From an uncultured Clostridia bacterium (GTDB lineage: Bacteria > Bacillota > Clostridia > TANB77 > CAG-508): 64,000 bases of DNA. The notes under the pieces were generated by a model. That model had not been told where the DNA came from and searched no databases. It worked only from the letters and a program-made list of their open reading frames with translations. This document shows, piece after piece, positions 10,989-21,598 of the stretch (position 1 is its first letter; every line of letters begins with the position of its first letter). The translations under genes were made by a program, and so were the position numbers. The DNA lies in assembly GCA_944386685.1 (NCBI GenBank), contig CALXCA010000005.1:954-64953 (forward strand). Reading direction: 5' to 3'.

Positions 10989-11016
10989 AGCCGTGGATGT
11001 TACAACATCCACGGCT
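10989..11016. terminator. Perfect GC-rich hairpin between convergent genes
   Basis: agccgtggatgtt-ac-aacatccacggct. Confidence 0.7.
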
Positions 11017-11031
11017 ATCAAGATTAGTTAT

Positions 11032-11460
11032 TTACTTTTGGTCCTCCTTATCCTCTGCTTTTTTGTCAGCCTCGTCGGCAATTTCTGCGAGTACTGCGTA
11101 GTACTCCTTGGCTGTGTCGTTTTCTCCTCCGTCTTCAGGGCAGTCGCACTTGAACATCTTAGCAAAAGGTGCCTCAATAACACACCTTTCGTCGTGTCCA
11201 CAAGAATCGCAGCAGAAGTGAATGCGAACCTTTTCACCTTCCTTTAATTGCATCTCCAAAGCTCCATTAAGAGCAGCCTTTTTCCCGGTCCAGGTCATTC
11301 CCAAACCATTGTACGAAGTATCAATGTAGGCTTCTCCAGCCTCATTGGTCACTTCGATAATGGCATGCTCTTTGTCCTTCCGGAAAATACCACAACCACT
11401 AAGGGCAGAAGTGGTGCAAACGATGGCAATGATGGTGGCGAACAGTTTCATCTTTTTCAT
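11032..11460 (-). CDS. Hypothetical Cys-rich lipoprotein, GC-richer than host
   Basis: RBS GAGAGGT, signal peptide with lipobox 'LSGC', 'CCDSCGH..C...CDC'; codon usage unlike neighbours. Confidence 0.65.
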   Translation of the reverse strand: MKKMKLFATIIAIVCTTSALSGCGIFRKDKEHAIIEVTNEAGEAYIDTSYNGLGMTWTGKKAALNGALEMQLKEGEKVRIHFCCDSCGHDERCVIEAPFAKMFKCDCPEDGGENDTAKEYYAVLAEIADEADKKAEDKEDQK

Positions 11461-11579
11461 AACGTTACCTCTCTTGATTTTTGTGGCAATCAAATTTGAT
11501 TACCATAATTGGTTAACTTACAATATTATTGTAGCACATATATTATATTCTGTAAAATTAATATTTTTAATGTACATTA

Positions 11580-11717
11580 TTAGAATTTCTTATAACTAAA
11601 CTTTTTTTCCATAATAACTATCTAATAGCTTTTGTTTTATTTCAGAAATTAGAAATTTTCATAACTAAACTTCTTTTCCATAATAACTATCTAATAACAT
11701 TTGTTTTATTTCAGAAA
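11580..11717. repeat. Imperfect ~69 bp direct duplication of adhE 3' end
   Basis: ataactaaacttttttt ccataataactatctaata..tttgttttatttcagaaa at ~11592-11648 and ~11661-11717. Confidence 0.75.
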
Positions 11718-14274
11718 CAAGAGGTACTCTAGGGTTTGCTGTTGTACATTGATCTTCAAAAGCTCTATCTGCTAGTAAATCCACTTTTGCTAAAAATTCT
11801 TTTTCATCTAATCCTGCATCTTTAAATGATTTAGGAATATTTAATTTTTCATTTAATTTTTGAACTTCAGTAATTAAAGAATTAACTCCCTCTTCTACAG
11901 TATCTGCTTTAAGTCCTAATTTTTTAGCTATTGTTGCATATTTTTCATCTGCAATAAAGAATTCATATTTAGGCCAAGATACAAATTTAGTTGGTTTTGT
12001 AGAATTGTATCTAATAACATATGGAAGTAAAATTGCATTTATTCTACCATGTGGTAAATGGAATTCTGCACCTATTTTATGAGCCATTGAATGACATACT
12101 CCTAAAAATGCGTTTGTAAATGACATTCCTGCAATTGTACTTGCATTATGCATTTTTTCTCTTGCAATTTTATCATCTCCATGTTCATATGCTTGTATTA
12201 AATATTTATCTACTAATTCTGCTGCTTTTTCTGATAAACCATCTGTATAATCAGAAGCCATAACAGATACATAAGCCTCTAATGCATGTGTTAAAACATC
12301 CATTCCTGTATCTGCTGTTACAGATTTTGGTAAACTCATAACTAAATCTGGGTCTACTATTGCAACATCTGGTGTTAATTCATAATCTGCAAGTGGATAT
12401 TTTTTGTTTCTAACTTTATCTGTAATTACTGCAAATGAAGTTACTTCGGAACCTGTTCCAGAAGTAGTTGGTATTGCAACCATTTTCGCTTTTGAGCCCA
12501 TTTTAGGGAATTTATAAGTACGTTTACGTATGTCCATAAATTTTAATTTTAAACCTTCTGGGTCTGCATCTGGATTTTCATAAAATAACCACATACCTTT
12601 TGCAGCATCAATTGCACTTCCTCCTCCTAATGCTATTATTACATCCGGTTTGAAAATATTCATTGCTTCTAATCCTTTGTTTACTGTGTCAAATGATGGG
12701 TCTGATTCTACTTCACTAAAAATTTCACAATGTACATGTTTTTCTCTTTTTCTTAAATGATATAATATTCTATCTACATATCCTAATTTTACCATCCCTG
12801 AGTCTGTAACTATAAAGGCTCTTTCTATATTTGGCATTTTTTCAAGATATGCTATTGAACCTGCCTCAAAATATATTTTCTCAGGAACTTTAAACCATTG
12901 CATATTTACTCTCCTTTTTGCTACTCTTTTTATGTTTATTAAGTTTACACTCGATACATTTGCAGTTGTAGAGTTTCCTCCAAATGAACCACATCCAAGT
13001 GTTAATGATGGCATATTTGTATTATATATGTCTCCTATTGCACCATGTGTTGATGGAGAATTTACAATGATTCTTCCTGCTTTCATTGTTTTTGAGAATT
13101 TTAATATTGTTTCTCTGTCTTCAGAATGAATAACTGCAGAGTGTCCTAATCCACCAAATTCTAGTAATTGTTCTGCTTTTTTTATTCCTTCTTCTGAATC
13201 ATTTACTATATAATATGTTAGTACTGGGCTTAGTTTTTCTTTTGAGAATGGATAATCTCTGCCTATTCCATCTTCATATACTACTAAAACTTTTGTATCT
13301 TCTGGTACTTCAAATCCAGCTTCTCTTGCTATTGTTGCTGGGTTTTGTCCTGGAACATGAGATTTTAATTTATATCCATCTTCATTTATTGCAAACATGC
13401 TATTTTTAAGTTTTTCTTTTTCTTCTGGATTTACAAAATAGCATCCAGCTTCTCTCATTAATTTTTCAAATTCTTGGTATATGTCTCTATCTACTATAAC
13501 TGCTTGTTCAGAAGCACATATCATACCATTATCAAAAGATTTTGACATTACTAAATCATTTACTGATGTTTGTAATTTTGCTGTTTTATCTATATAACAT
13601 GGTACATTTCCTGGACCTACACCTAATGCAGGTTTTCCACATGAATATGCTGATTTTACCATTCCTGTTCCACCTGTTGCTAATATTAAATTAACATCTG
13701 GATGATTCATTAATGTTCTTGTTGCTAATATTGATGGTTCTTCTATCCATAATATACAATTTTCTGGAGCTCCTGCTTTTATTGCAGCATCTCTCATTAT
13801 TGTTGCAGCTTGGACACTACATTTTTGTGCTGATGGATGAAATCCAAATACAATAACATTTCTTGTTTTTGCAGAAATAATTGATTTAAACATCGTTGTT
13901 GATGTAGGATTTGTTACAGGTGTAACTCCTGCTATAATTCCTATAGGCTCAGCTATTTCTACATATCCATCTTCACTATTTTCTTCTATAATTCCAACTG
14001 TTTTTTCATGTTTAATACTGTGATATATATATTCTGTTGCAAACATGTTTTTTGTTATTTTATCTTCATATATTCCTCTTCCTGTTTCTTCTACTGCCAT
14101 TTTGGCTAATTCCATATGATGTTCAAGACCTGCCATTGACATTGCTTTTGTAATATTGTCAACTGTTTGTTGGTCTAATTTTAAATATTCTTGTGATGCT
14201 ATTTTTGCTTTTCTCATTAATTCGTCTATCATTTGTCTAACTCTTATTTCTTCTTCAGGGTTTTGATTTTCCAT
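11665..14274 (-). CDS. adhE: Bifunctional acetaldehyde-CoA/alcohol dehydrogenase
   Basis: 'TPVTNPTST', 'GVGPGN', 'DNGMICASEQ', 'GGGSAIDAAK', 'PTTSGTGSEVT'. Confidence 0.97.
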   Translation of the reverse strand: MENQNPEEEIRVRQMIDELMRKAKIASQEYLKLDQQTVDNITKAMSMAGLEHHMELAKMAVEETGRGIYEDKITKNMFATEYIYHSIKHEKTVGIIEENSEDGYVEIAEPIGIIAGVTPVTNPTSTTMFKSIISAKTRNVIVFGFHPSAQKCSVQAATIMRDAAIKAGAPENCILWIEEPSILATRTLMNHPDVNLILATGGTGMVKSAYSCGKPALGVGPGNVPCYIDKTAKLQTSVNDLVMSKSFDNGMICASEQAVIVDRDIYQEFEKLMREAGCYFVNPEEKEKLKNSMFAINEDGYKLKSHVPGQNPATIAREAGFEVPEDTKVLVVYEDGIGRDYPFSKEKLSPVLTYYIVNDSEEGIKKAEQLLEFGGLGHSAVIHSEDRETILKFSKTMKAGRIIVNSPSTHGAIGDIYNTNMPSLTLGCGSFGGNSTTANVSSVNLINIKRVAKRRVNMQWFKVPEKIYFEAGSIAYLEKMPNIERAFIVTDSGMVKLGYVDRILYHLRKREKHVHCEIFSEVESDPSFDTVNKGLEAMNIFKPDVIIALGGGSAIDAAKGMWLFYENPDADPEGLKLKFMDIRKRTYKFPKMGSKAKMVAIPTTSGTGSEVTSFAVITDKVRNKKYPLADYELTPDVAIVDPDLVMSLPKSVTADTGMDVLTHALEAYVSVMASDYTDGLSEKAAELVDKYLIQAYEHGDDKIAREKMHNASTIAGMSFTNAFLGVCHSMAHKIGAEFHLPHGRINAILLPYVIRYNSTKPTKFVSWPKYEFFIADEKYATIAKKLGLKADTVEEGVNSLITEVQKLNEKLNIPKSFKDAGLDEKEFLAKVDLLADRAFEDQCTTANPRVPLVSEIKQMLLDSYYGKEV

Positions 14275-14406
14275 TTATCTTCATTCCTTTCCATAAGCTT
14301 TTGTCCTAAAATATGTATTTTTTGAACTAGCTTATATCTTTAGTTTATCCATTACATTATATAATATGATATATTTTTGTCAATATTTCTGTCCTAATTA
14401 ATATTA

Positions 14407-17019
14407 TTAGATCCACTCTCCATATTTTTTAATATAGAATTTTTTAGCAAATACTGCTACAATACAATATAAAATTGGTACACCAATAATTACTGTAAAA
14501 TGTATAGGTGCTAAAGGTGCAAGACCTATTGCTTTTCCTATAAATGTGAATGGGAATATCATTGCTATTATGCTTAAAGCAATAGATGAAGCATATACTG
14601 CTTTTGATGCATGACTTTCTTTAAATGGTACTTTAGCTGTTCTAATAACATGTAATCCAACTAAGTTAGATACTACACTATAAGAGAACCATATACTTTG
14701 GAATACTGCAACTTCATGAATTCCAAAAGTATACCAAACAATCGCAAATACAATTAAGTCAAATATTGAACTTAAAGGTCCCATAAATAACATAAAGTTT
14801 TTTAATTGTTTTATATTAAAAGATTTAGGTTTTGTTAAATATTCCTCATCAACATTATCTAAAGGTAAAGTTAATTGTCCAAAATCATATAAAAGTCCTT
14901 CAACTAGTAATTGTATAGGTGTTTCTGGTAAAAATGGTAAAAATATACTAGCAATTATTACAGATATAACTTCTCCAAAGTTAAAACTTGCAGCAAGTTT
15001 TATATATTTCATTAAATTTGCAAAAGTATGACGTCCTTCTTTTACTGCATCAAGTAAAATGTGCAAATCTTTTTCTAGTAAAATTATATCTGCAGATTCT
15101 TTTGCTATATCTACAGCTGTATCAACAGATATTCCAACATCAGAATTTATTAATGATGGACTATCATTAATACCATCTCCCATATATCCAACTGTATTAC
15201 CATTTGCTTTTAAAAGTCTTACTATACGAGCTTTTTGTATAGGAGAAAGTTTAGCAAATATATTACATCTTTTTATTAATCTTCTTAAAGCATTATCAGA
15301 AAGTCTATCTATTTGGCTACCTGTTGCAATAACTTTAGATTTAATATTTACTTTATCACAAATACATCTTGTAATTTCTACATTATCTCCTGTTAAAACA
15401 ACTACTCTAATACCATTTTTGTTTAATTGTTCTATAGAAGATTTTGCACTTTCTTTTGGAGGATCTAAAAATCCTATAAAACCTATTAATACCATATTTT
15501 TTTCATCTGATACTACAAAATGCTCATGTTCAAGTGATACATCTTTTTTGCAAACAGCTATTACACGTAAGCCCTGTTTATTTAATTCTTTTGTAAACTC
15601 ATGTAAATTGTCTTTTATTGCATTTGTTATAGGTGTTATTTGCCCTTGATATTCAACCATTGTTGATATACTTAATATTTCCTCTAGTGCTCCTTTTGTA
15701 ACCATTTGATTTTTACTTCCATCACTTACAATAACAGATAAGCGACGTCTTGAAAAGTCAAATGGAATTTCATCAACTTTTTTAAATTGAGAAGCATATT
15801 CTCCAATTCCATGTTCATTAACATGTTTTATTACTGCTTCATCAATATTACTTCTTAAACCTGTTTGATAATATGAATTTAAAAATGTATATTTTAAAAC
15901 ATTTAAATCTGTATTACCTGTTATGTCTAAATATTTTTCTAAAACTATTCTATCTTCTGTTAAAGTTCCAGTTTTATCTGTGCATAAAACATTCATTGCT
16001 CCAAAATTTTGTATAGAATCCAATTTTTTTACAATTGTTTTCTTTTTGGACATTTTTAATGCACCTTTAGATAAACTTGTTGATAAAATTACTGGAAGTA
16101 GCAAAGGTGTAATACATATTGCAATTGCTACAGCAAATGTAAATGATGTTATAATACTATGTTTTTGTACTGTAAATATAAATACTATAGGTATTAAAAT
16201 AAGCATAAATCTAATTAGAAGTTTACTTATATTTTCTATATTTTTTTGGAATATTGTTTTTGGTTTCCCACTTGTTAATGTGTGTGCTATTTTTCCAAAA
16301 TAGGTGTCATCAGATGTTAATGCTACAACACCTTTTGCACTACCACTAATAACATTTGTTCCCATAAAACATATTGTATCTATATCTGATATACTATCAA
16401 TTTCTTCATTTGGGTCTAATTCTGTTTCTTCTACTTTTTTTACAGCATCAGATTCTCCTGTTAAACTAGATTGCCCAACATATAAATCTTTAGATTCTAT
16501 AATCCTTAAATCTGCCGGTATCATATCTCCTGCAGAAAGGCTTATTATATCTCCTACTACTAATTCTTTAAATGGAACTTTTTGTTTTTCTCCATTTCTT
16601 ATTACTGTTGCAGTTGTCGCAACAAGTTGTTTTAACTTTTCTGCAGATTTGTTTGACCTGTATTCAGATATAAAGTCTAAAAGTGTACTTACTATAACTA
16701 GAACACATATTACTATAATATTTGCATAATTAGGATTTTCTGCTAAATATATATCTGTGTAGCATAATACAAATGCAATTCCTATTAATATACTATTAAA
16801 TGGTGTAAATAGACTCTCTAAAAAGTAATGATACCACTTTTTTGGTTTATTTTGTGTTACCTCATTATAGCCATATTTTTGACGTCTCTCAAATACTTGT
16901 GCATCTGTTAAACCATTTTCGTTTACTTGATATTTTGAAATAAATTCTTCTTTTGATTCATGACATAATTTTCCATAGATTTTGTTAATGTTTACATCTT
17001 CTTTTTTTTCATTTGCCAT
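14407..17019 (-). CDS. mgtA: Magnesium-translocating P-type ATPase
   Basis: 'DKTGTLT', 'LTGES', 'IPFDFSRRR', 'GDGIND', type IIIB signature 'IQNFGAMNVL'. Confidence 0.9.
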   Translation of the reverse strand: MANEKKEDVNINKIYGKLCHESKEEFISKYQVNENGLTDAQVFERRQKYGYNEVTQNKPKKWYHYFLESLFTPFNSILIGIAFVLCYTDIYLAENPNYANIIVICVLVIVSTLLDFISEYRSNKSAEKLKQLVATTATVIRNGEKQKVPFKELVVGDIISLSAGDMIPADLRIIESKDLYVGQSSLTGESDAVKKVEETELDPNEEIDSISDIDTICFMGTNVISGSAKGVVALTSDDTYFGKIAHTLTSGKPKTIFQKNIENISKLLIRFMLILIPIVFIFTVQKHSIITSFTFAVAIAICITPLLLPVILSTSLSKGALKMSKKKTIVKKLDSIQNFGAMNVLCTDKTGTLTEDRIVLEKYLDITGNTDLNVLKYTFLNSYYQTGLRSNIDEAVIKHVNEHGIGEYASQFKKVDEIPFDFSRRRLSVIVSDGSKNQMVTKGALEEILSISTMVEYQGQITPITNAIKDNLHEFTKELNKQGLRVIAVCKKDVSLEHEHFVVSDEKNMVLIGFIGFLDPPKESAKSSIEQLNKNGIRVVVLTGDNVEITRCICDKVNIKSKVIATGSQIDRLSDNALRRLIKRCNIFAKLSPIQKARIVRLLKANGNTVGYMGDGINDSPSLINSDVGISVDTAVDIAKESADIILLEKDLHILLDAVKEGRHTFANLMKYIKLAASFNFGEVISVIIASIFLPFLPETPIQLLVEGLLYDFGQLTLPLDNVDEEYLTKPKSFNIKQLKNFMLFMGPLSSIFDLIVFAIVWYTFGIHEVAVFQSIWFSYSVVSNLVGLHVIRTAKVPFKESHASKAVYASSIALSIIAMIFPFTFIGKAIGLAPLAPIHFTVIIGVPILYCIVAVFAKKFYIKKYGEWI

Positions 17020-17165
17020 TTTCTTAAGTTCCTTTCCTCTTTTGAAAATTAAATTTATTATATATATTATGAATATATTTAATAAATTTAAACATCTTTA
17101 ATATATCACTATAAAAATAAAATTTCAAGAATATAAAAAAATTTTGTTATATTTTATAATTTATA

Positions 17166-17196
17166 TTGACTTTTTTTATAAAATAGTATATACTAT
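17166..17196 (+). promoter_or_regulatory. sigmaA promoter with overlapping palindromic operator of mazEF
   Basis: TTGACT-N17-TATACT; palindrome atagtatatactat over the -10. Confidence 0.65.
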
Positions 17197-17221
17197 GTAT
17201 ATACGAAAGGAGTTGATTAAA

Positions 17222-17467
17222 ATGACAACTACTATTCAAAAATGGGGAAATAGTCAAGGAATCAGAATACCTAAAATGTTATTAGATAGTGTAAACTGGT
17301 CTGAAAATGAACAAATTACAATTAAAGTAGATAATGGTAAATTAATTATAGAAAAAACAAAAGACAGAAAAAGAAAAAATATAAAGGAATTGTTTAAAAA
17401 TTATAAAGGAAATTATGAACCAGAAAAAATTGACTGGGGAGAACCAAAAGGAGAAGAAATATGGTAA
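17222..17467 (+). CDS. mazE: MazE/AbrB-family antitoxin
   Basis: 'IQKWGNSQGIRIPK', C-terminal 'IDWGEPKGEEIW'; RBS GAAAGGAG. Confidence 0.9.
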   Translation: MTTTIQKWGNSQGIRIPKMLLDSVNWSENEQITIKVDNGKLIIEKTKDRKRKNIKELFKNYKGNYEPEKIDWGEPKGEEIW

Positions 17468-17794
17468 AACAAGGATCTATTATAAAACTTAATTTTAATC
17501 CACAAAAGCGGGCACGAACAAGCTGGATATAGACCAGCAGTTGTAATAAGTAATAATATATTTAATGAAAAAACTAAATTATCTATTGTTTGCCCTATTA
17601 CTAATACAAATAATAATTTTCCTTTACACATTCCATTAGATGATAGAACCAAAACAACTGGAGTAATATTATGCGAACATTTAAAGGCATTAGATTTAAA
17701 CAGTAGAACATATCAAGTAATAGAAGAATTGCCAAAAGATATATTAGAAAATGTCATTGATGTTGTTTATTCTGAAATAGAATATTTAATATAA
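17461..17794 (+). CDS. mazF: MazF/PemK-family toxin, frame shifted +1 at CGG 17509-17511 (missed by ORF track)
   Basis: 'MVKQGSIIKLNFNPQK' + (+1) 'GHEQAGYRPAVVISN...VCPIT...FPLH...GVILCEHLKALD..SR'; 110 aa joined. Confidence 0.85.
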
Positions 17795-17866
17795 TTTTTT
17801 ATATAAATTTTTAAAGAATTTAGCTTTATAAAAAAAACTTTGTAAAGAAAATTTTGTAATTTTTAA

Positions 17867-17912
17867 AGTAGGCTTTGAAATGTTATATGTTTATAGCATT
17901 TCAAAGCCTGCT
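17867..17912. terminator. Bidirectional terminator hairpin between mazF and rnr
   Basis: agtaggctttgaaatg...catttcaaagcctgct. Confidence 0.7.
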
Positions 17913-17954
17913 ATTGTTTTTAAAAAAGAAAATCAAAGATTTTCTTATTTGTTC

Positions 17955-19967
17955 TTATTCTACAATTTCAAAATCTATTTGTCTTAATAGTTTATTTGCA
18001 TTTGCAACTCTAATTTTTACTTTATCTCCTATTTTATAAATTTTATGAGAATTTTCTCCTATTGCTTCTTTTCTTTCTTCATTATAAATAAAATATTCAT
18101 CTCCAAGTTTTTCGTATCTAATTAGACCTTCAATAGTATTGTCTAACTCTACGAAAATACCAAAATTTGTAACAGATGATATAATTCCATTATATTCTTC
18201 TCCAATTTTATTTTCCATATATTCAGCTTTTTTAATATCTTCTGCTTCTCTTTCTACTTTTGTTGCCGTTCTTTCTCTTTCTGAACAATTTTCTGCTCTC
18301 TTTTCTGCCCTTTTTTCATATTTCTTTTTCCAGAAATCGTTTACCATGTAATCTTCTTCTATATATTTTGATATTATTCTGTGTATAAATAAATCTGGGT
18401 ATCTTCTAATTGGCGAAGTAAAATGACAATAGTATTTACTTGCTATTCCAAAATGTCCTTTATTTATTGCTTCATATTTTGCTACTCTTAATGTTCTTAA
18501 TATGATATTTGATACTACTTTTTCTTCGTCTTTGCCTTTTACATCCTCTAATATTTTAGAAAATTCTGTTGGATAAATTACGTCTTCTTTTGATATTTTT
18601 ATTTTATAACCAAAATTGTATAACATTTTATTTAATTCTTTTACTTTGTCTACATCTGGAGCTTCGTGATTTCTATAAATAAATGGTGCTTGTAACCAAT
18701 AAAATTTTTCTGCTACTGTTTCATTTGCTATTAGCATAAATTGTTCTATTATTTCATTTGCAAAATATGTTTGGTATTTTTCTACATTTATTGCATATCC
18801 ATTTATATCTAGTGTTATTTTGCTTTCTGGTATATCTAAATTTAAATATCCATTTTCTTGCCTTTTATTTTTTAGTATTGTTGCTAGTTCTGCCATTAAA
18901 TCAAAATGTGAAATGTATTTTTCATATCTTTTTAATACTTCTTTATCTGATCTATCTAATATTTTTTGTACATCTGTATAACTCATTCTTTCTGTTACTC
19001 TTATAAATCCTTTATATATATCAGAAGATACTATTTTGGCTTTTGGAGTAATTTCCATTGAACATGATAAAGTATATCTATCTTCTCCTGCATTTAAACT
19101 ACAAATTCCATTAGAAAGTTCTCTTGGTAACATAGGAATAACTCTTCCTAACATGTAAATACTTGTTCCTCTTAAATATGCTTCTTTATCTAATTCTGTT
19201 TTTTCTCTTACATAATAACTAACATCTGCAATATGAACATCTAATTTGTAATTTCCATTTTCTAGCTTTTCTACATGTATTGCATCATCTAAATCTTTTG
19301 CATCTTCTCCATCTATTGTAAATATTATGTCATTACGTAAGTCTTTTCTGTTCTTTATGTCTAAATTATCTATTTTATTTCCAAATGCTTTTGCTTCATT
19401 TACAACTTCTTCTGGAAATTCAGCTGGTAGTTCATATTGTTTTATTAAAGATAACATATCTACTCCTGCTTGATTTACTCCACCAAGTACTTCTATAATT
19501 TTTCCTTCTGCATTTTTTCCTCTTTCTGGATATTTTAGTATTTTTACTAAAACTTTATGCTTGTTTCTTGCTTTTCCCCAATTATTTTTGGAAATAAATA
19601 TGTCTGTTCCAAAATTTTTGTCATCTGGAACTACAAATCCAAAATTTCTGTTTTTTTGGAATGTTCCTACAATAGTATCTTTTTCATGTCTTATTATTTT
19701 TATTATTTTTCCTTCTTGTTTTTTGCTTCCTTTACTTATATCATCACTAATATTGCCTGATTTTTGCTTTTTTAAATTCTCGTTTTGGTTAAATCTTAAA
19801 TTTGGATTTTCTTGTTTTTCTCCTATTATTTTTATTTCTACTGTGTCTCCATTTAGTGCATTCATGCAATTGTCTCTTGATATAAATATTTCCTCTTCTT
19901 GATTTTCTAATTTTACAAATCCAAAACCTTTTTGATTTTTTCTATATATGCCTATTAAATTTTCCAT
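17955..19967 (-). CDS. rnr: Ribonuclease R
   Basis: 'KGFGFV', 'TIDGEDAKDLDDA', 'HFTSPIRRYPDL', C-terminal S1. Confidence 0.95.
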   Translation of the reverse strand: MENLIGIYRKNQKGFGFVKLENQEEEIFISRDNCMNALNGDTVEIKIIGEKQENPNLRFNQNENLKKQKSGNISDDISKGSKKQEGKIIKIIRHEKDTIVGTFQKNRNFGFVVPDDKNFGTDIFISKNNWGKARNKHKVLVKILKYPERGKNAEGKIIEVLGGVNQAGVDMLSLIKQYELPAEFPEEVVNEAKAFGNKIDNLDIKNRKDLRNDIIFTIDGEDAKDLDDAIHVEKLENGNYKLDVHIADVSYYVREKTELDKEAYLRGTSIYMLGRVIPMLPRELSNGICSLNAGEDRYTLSCSMEITPKAKIVSSDIYKGFIRVTERMSYTDVQKILDRSDKEVLKRYEKYISHFDLMAELATILKNKRQENGYLNLDIPESKITLDINGYAINVEKYQTYFANEIIEQFMLIANETVAEKFYWLQAPFIYRNHEAPDVDKVKELNKMLYNFGYKIKISKEDVIYPTEFSKILEDVKGKDEEKVVSNIILRTLRVAKYEAINKGHFGIASKYYCHFTSPIRRYPDLFIHRIISKYIEEDYMVNDFWKKKYEKRAEKRAENCSERERTATKVEREAEDIKKAEYMENKIGEEYNGIISSVTNFGIFVELDNTIEGLIRYEKLGDEYFIYNEERKEAIGENSHKIYKIGDKVKIRVANANKLLRQIDFEIVE

Positions 19968-20036
19968 CTTTTATTTATTTCCTTTCTTATTGTATAAAAA
20001 TAAAAAGCGACTCTTTTTAGTGAACCGCTTAAAATA

Positions 20037-20285
20037 CTATGCTATATAAATAATAGAAAGTGCAATTGTTACAATAACAAATGCTATTCCTAAAATAATA
20101 GACCATTTTTTTTGTTTTCCTTCTTTTGTTCTACCTTTATTTTTTTCGAAAAAGTTATTTGAAGAAGAACCTGTTATTGTTGAAGATAGTCCTGCATCTT
20201 CTTTAGATTGAATCATGGCTAGTATTGTTAATGCAACACATATTATTAAATCTACTACTATTAATATTATTTTTACTATTTGCAT
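20037..20285 (-). CDS. secG: Preprotein translocase SecG
   Basis: Two TMs, 'GLSSTITG', conserved secG-rnr order. Confidence 0.85.
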   Translation of the reverse strand: MQIVKIILIVVDLIICVALTILAMIQSKEDAGLSSTITGSSSNNFFEKNKGRTKEGKQKKWSIILGIAFVIVTIALSIIYIA

Positions 20286-20399
20286 TTAGTATTCCTCCTA
20301 ACAGTTTTTTTATTCTATTTTTATACCTTTTGGTATTGAAAAATAAAAACATTTTATTTTGCTTTTTTGCTTGTACTTGGTTATTTTAACATAAATTTA

Positions 20400-21086
20400 T
20401 TAAAAAATCAATGCCAGAAGATTAAAAATTACAACTTTTGTCATTATTTTAGTAAATAAATTAACATTTGTTGACTTTATAATCTCTTTATTTAAGTCTT
20501 TAAATCCTTTTACAATTTCTTTTATTTCTATTTTATTTGATATATTTTTTTCTTCTAAATATTGTTTTGATAAGTATTCTGCTTTAATCATTGCATCATT
20601 TTCTAAAAATATTCTAATTGTATAATAAATAAAACTTAGAATTAAAAATATATTCAAAAATAATAATTCATTTGGTAAATATTTTAATATTATTAAAATG
20701 CAACAAATTATATAATATAAAAAATATATATTGGAAAATACAAAATTAAAAATTAGTAGTTTTCTATCTTGTATAGAATGTAAACATTCATGTGCAATTG
20801 TTTGTATTCTTGTAAAACTATTGTGCATATTCCCTATTAATATTTTATTTGAAATTGCAATATATAATGTTGCTTCAGAATTAACATTTTCTTCTATTTT
20901 TACATTTTTATTATCTACTTTTTCTAATAATTCTTTACATATTTCTATATTTGATGGATATTTTTCTGTTAATTTATTTAATTTTTCATTTGTTGCTATT
21001 TCTTTCATCTTTTTTATATTAGATGACATTAAAATATTTAAAATAATTATAGAAATAATTGATATTATTATAATTATTAATTCCAT
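20400..21086 (-). CDS. Putative membrane zinc metallopeptidase (YugP-like)
   Basis: 'AHECLHSIQ' HExxH, TMs, 'LENDA'. Confidence 0.6.
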   Translation of the reverse strand: MELIIIIISIISIIILNILMSSNIKKMKEIATNEKLNKLTEKYPSNIEICKELLEKVDNKNVKIEENVNSEATLYIAISNKILIGNMHNSFTRIQTIAHECLHSIQDRKLLIFNFVFSNIYFLYYIICCILIILKYLPNELLFLNIFLILSFIYYTIRIFLENDAMIKAEYLSKQYLEEKNISNKIEIKEIVKGFKDLNKEIIKSTNVNLFTKIMTKVVIFNLLALIF

Positions 21087-21103
21087 TTTTTATCCTTTAA
21101 TTA

Positions 21104-21439
21104 TTATTTTAATAAATCTTGTACTGTTTCTCCAATTATTTTATTTACATCTGCAATTAAAACATTAAATCTAATTTCTGCATCAAAATATTTACTTGCC
21201 TCTTCATTTTGAATTAGTTCTCCATATAGTTCTTGAACATGTTTCATTTTACTATCATCATCTTTTCCTGTTTGCAAAGCTATAAGTTGTGCATCATATC
21301 TAGCCTTTTCAAATTCATCTATCTTATTTTTTAATTCTAAATTTAAATTTATAGCTTCTTTTGCTGTTTTATATGTAACATATTCCTCAGATTGTTTTAT
21401 TTCTTGTGCTAATTCATTTGCTAAGTCATATACTTTCAT
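21104..21439 (-). CDS. YlbF/YmcA family regulator
   Basis: 'VYDLANELA..IKQSEEY', 'YFDAEIRF..LIADVNKII'. Confidence 0.85.
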   Translation of the reverse strand: MKVYDLANELAQEIKQSEEYVTYKTAKEAINLNLELKNKIDEFEKARYDAQLIALQTGKDDDSKMKHVQELYGELIQNEEASKYFDAEIRFNVLIADVNKIIGETVQDLLK

Positions 21440-21598
21440 AAAAAATTCATTCCTTTCTAAATTCGTTTCAAATTAATTTTATTTTTTTAGATATAGTTAA
21501 ATATATAATAATTTTTTAATTATACTTCTCTTAAAATATATAATATTTTTTTATTATACATCTCTTAAAATATATAATAATTATTTAACATTTATTTT

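Noticed and set aside
10993-11599. Plus-strand and alternate-frame ORFs over the GC-richer cassette
   Set aside because: Shadow ORFs; only the minus-strand frame has RBS, signal peptide and lipobox
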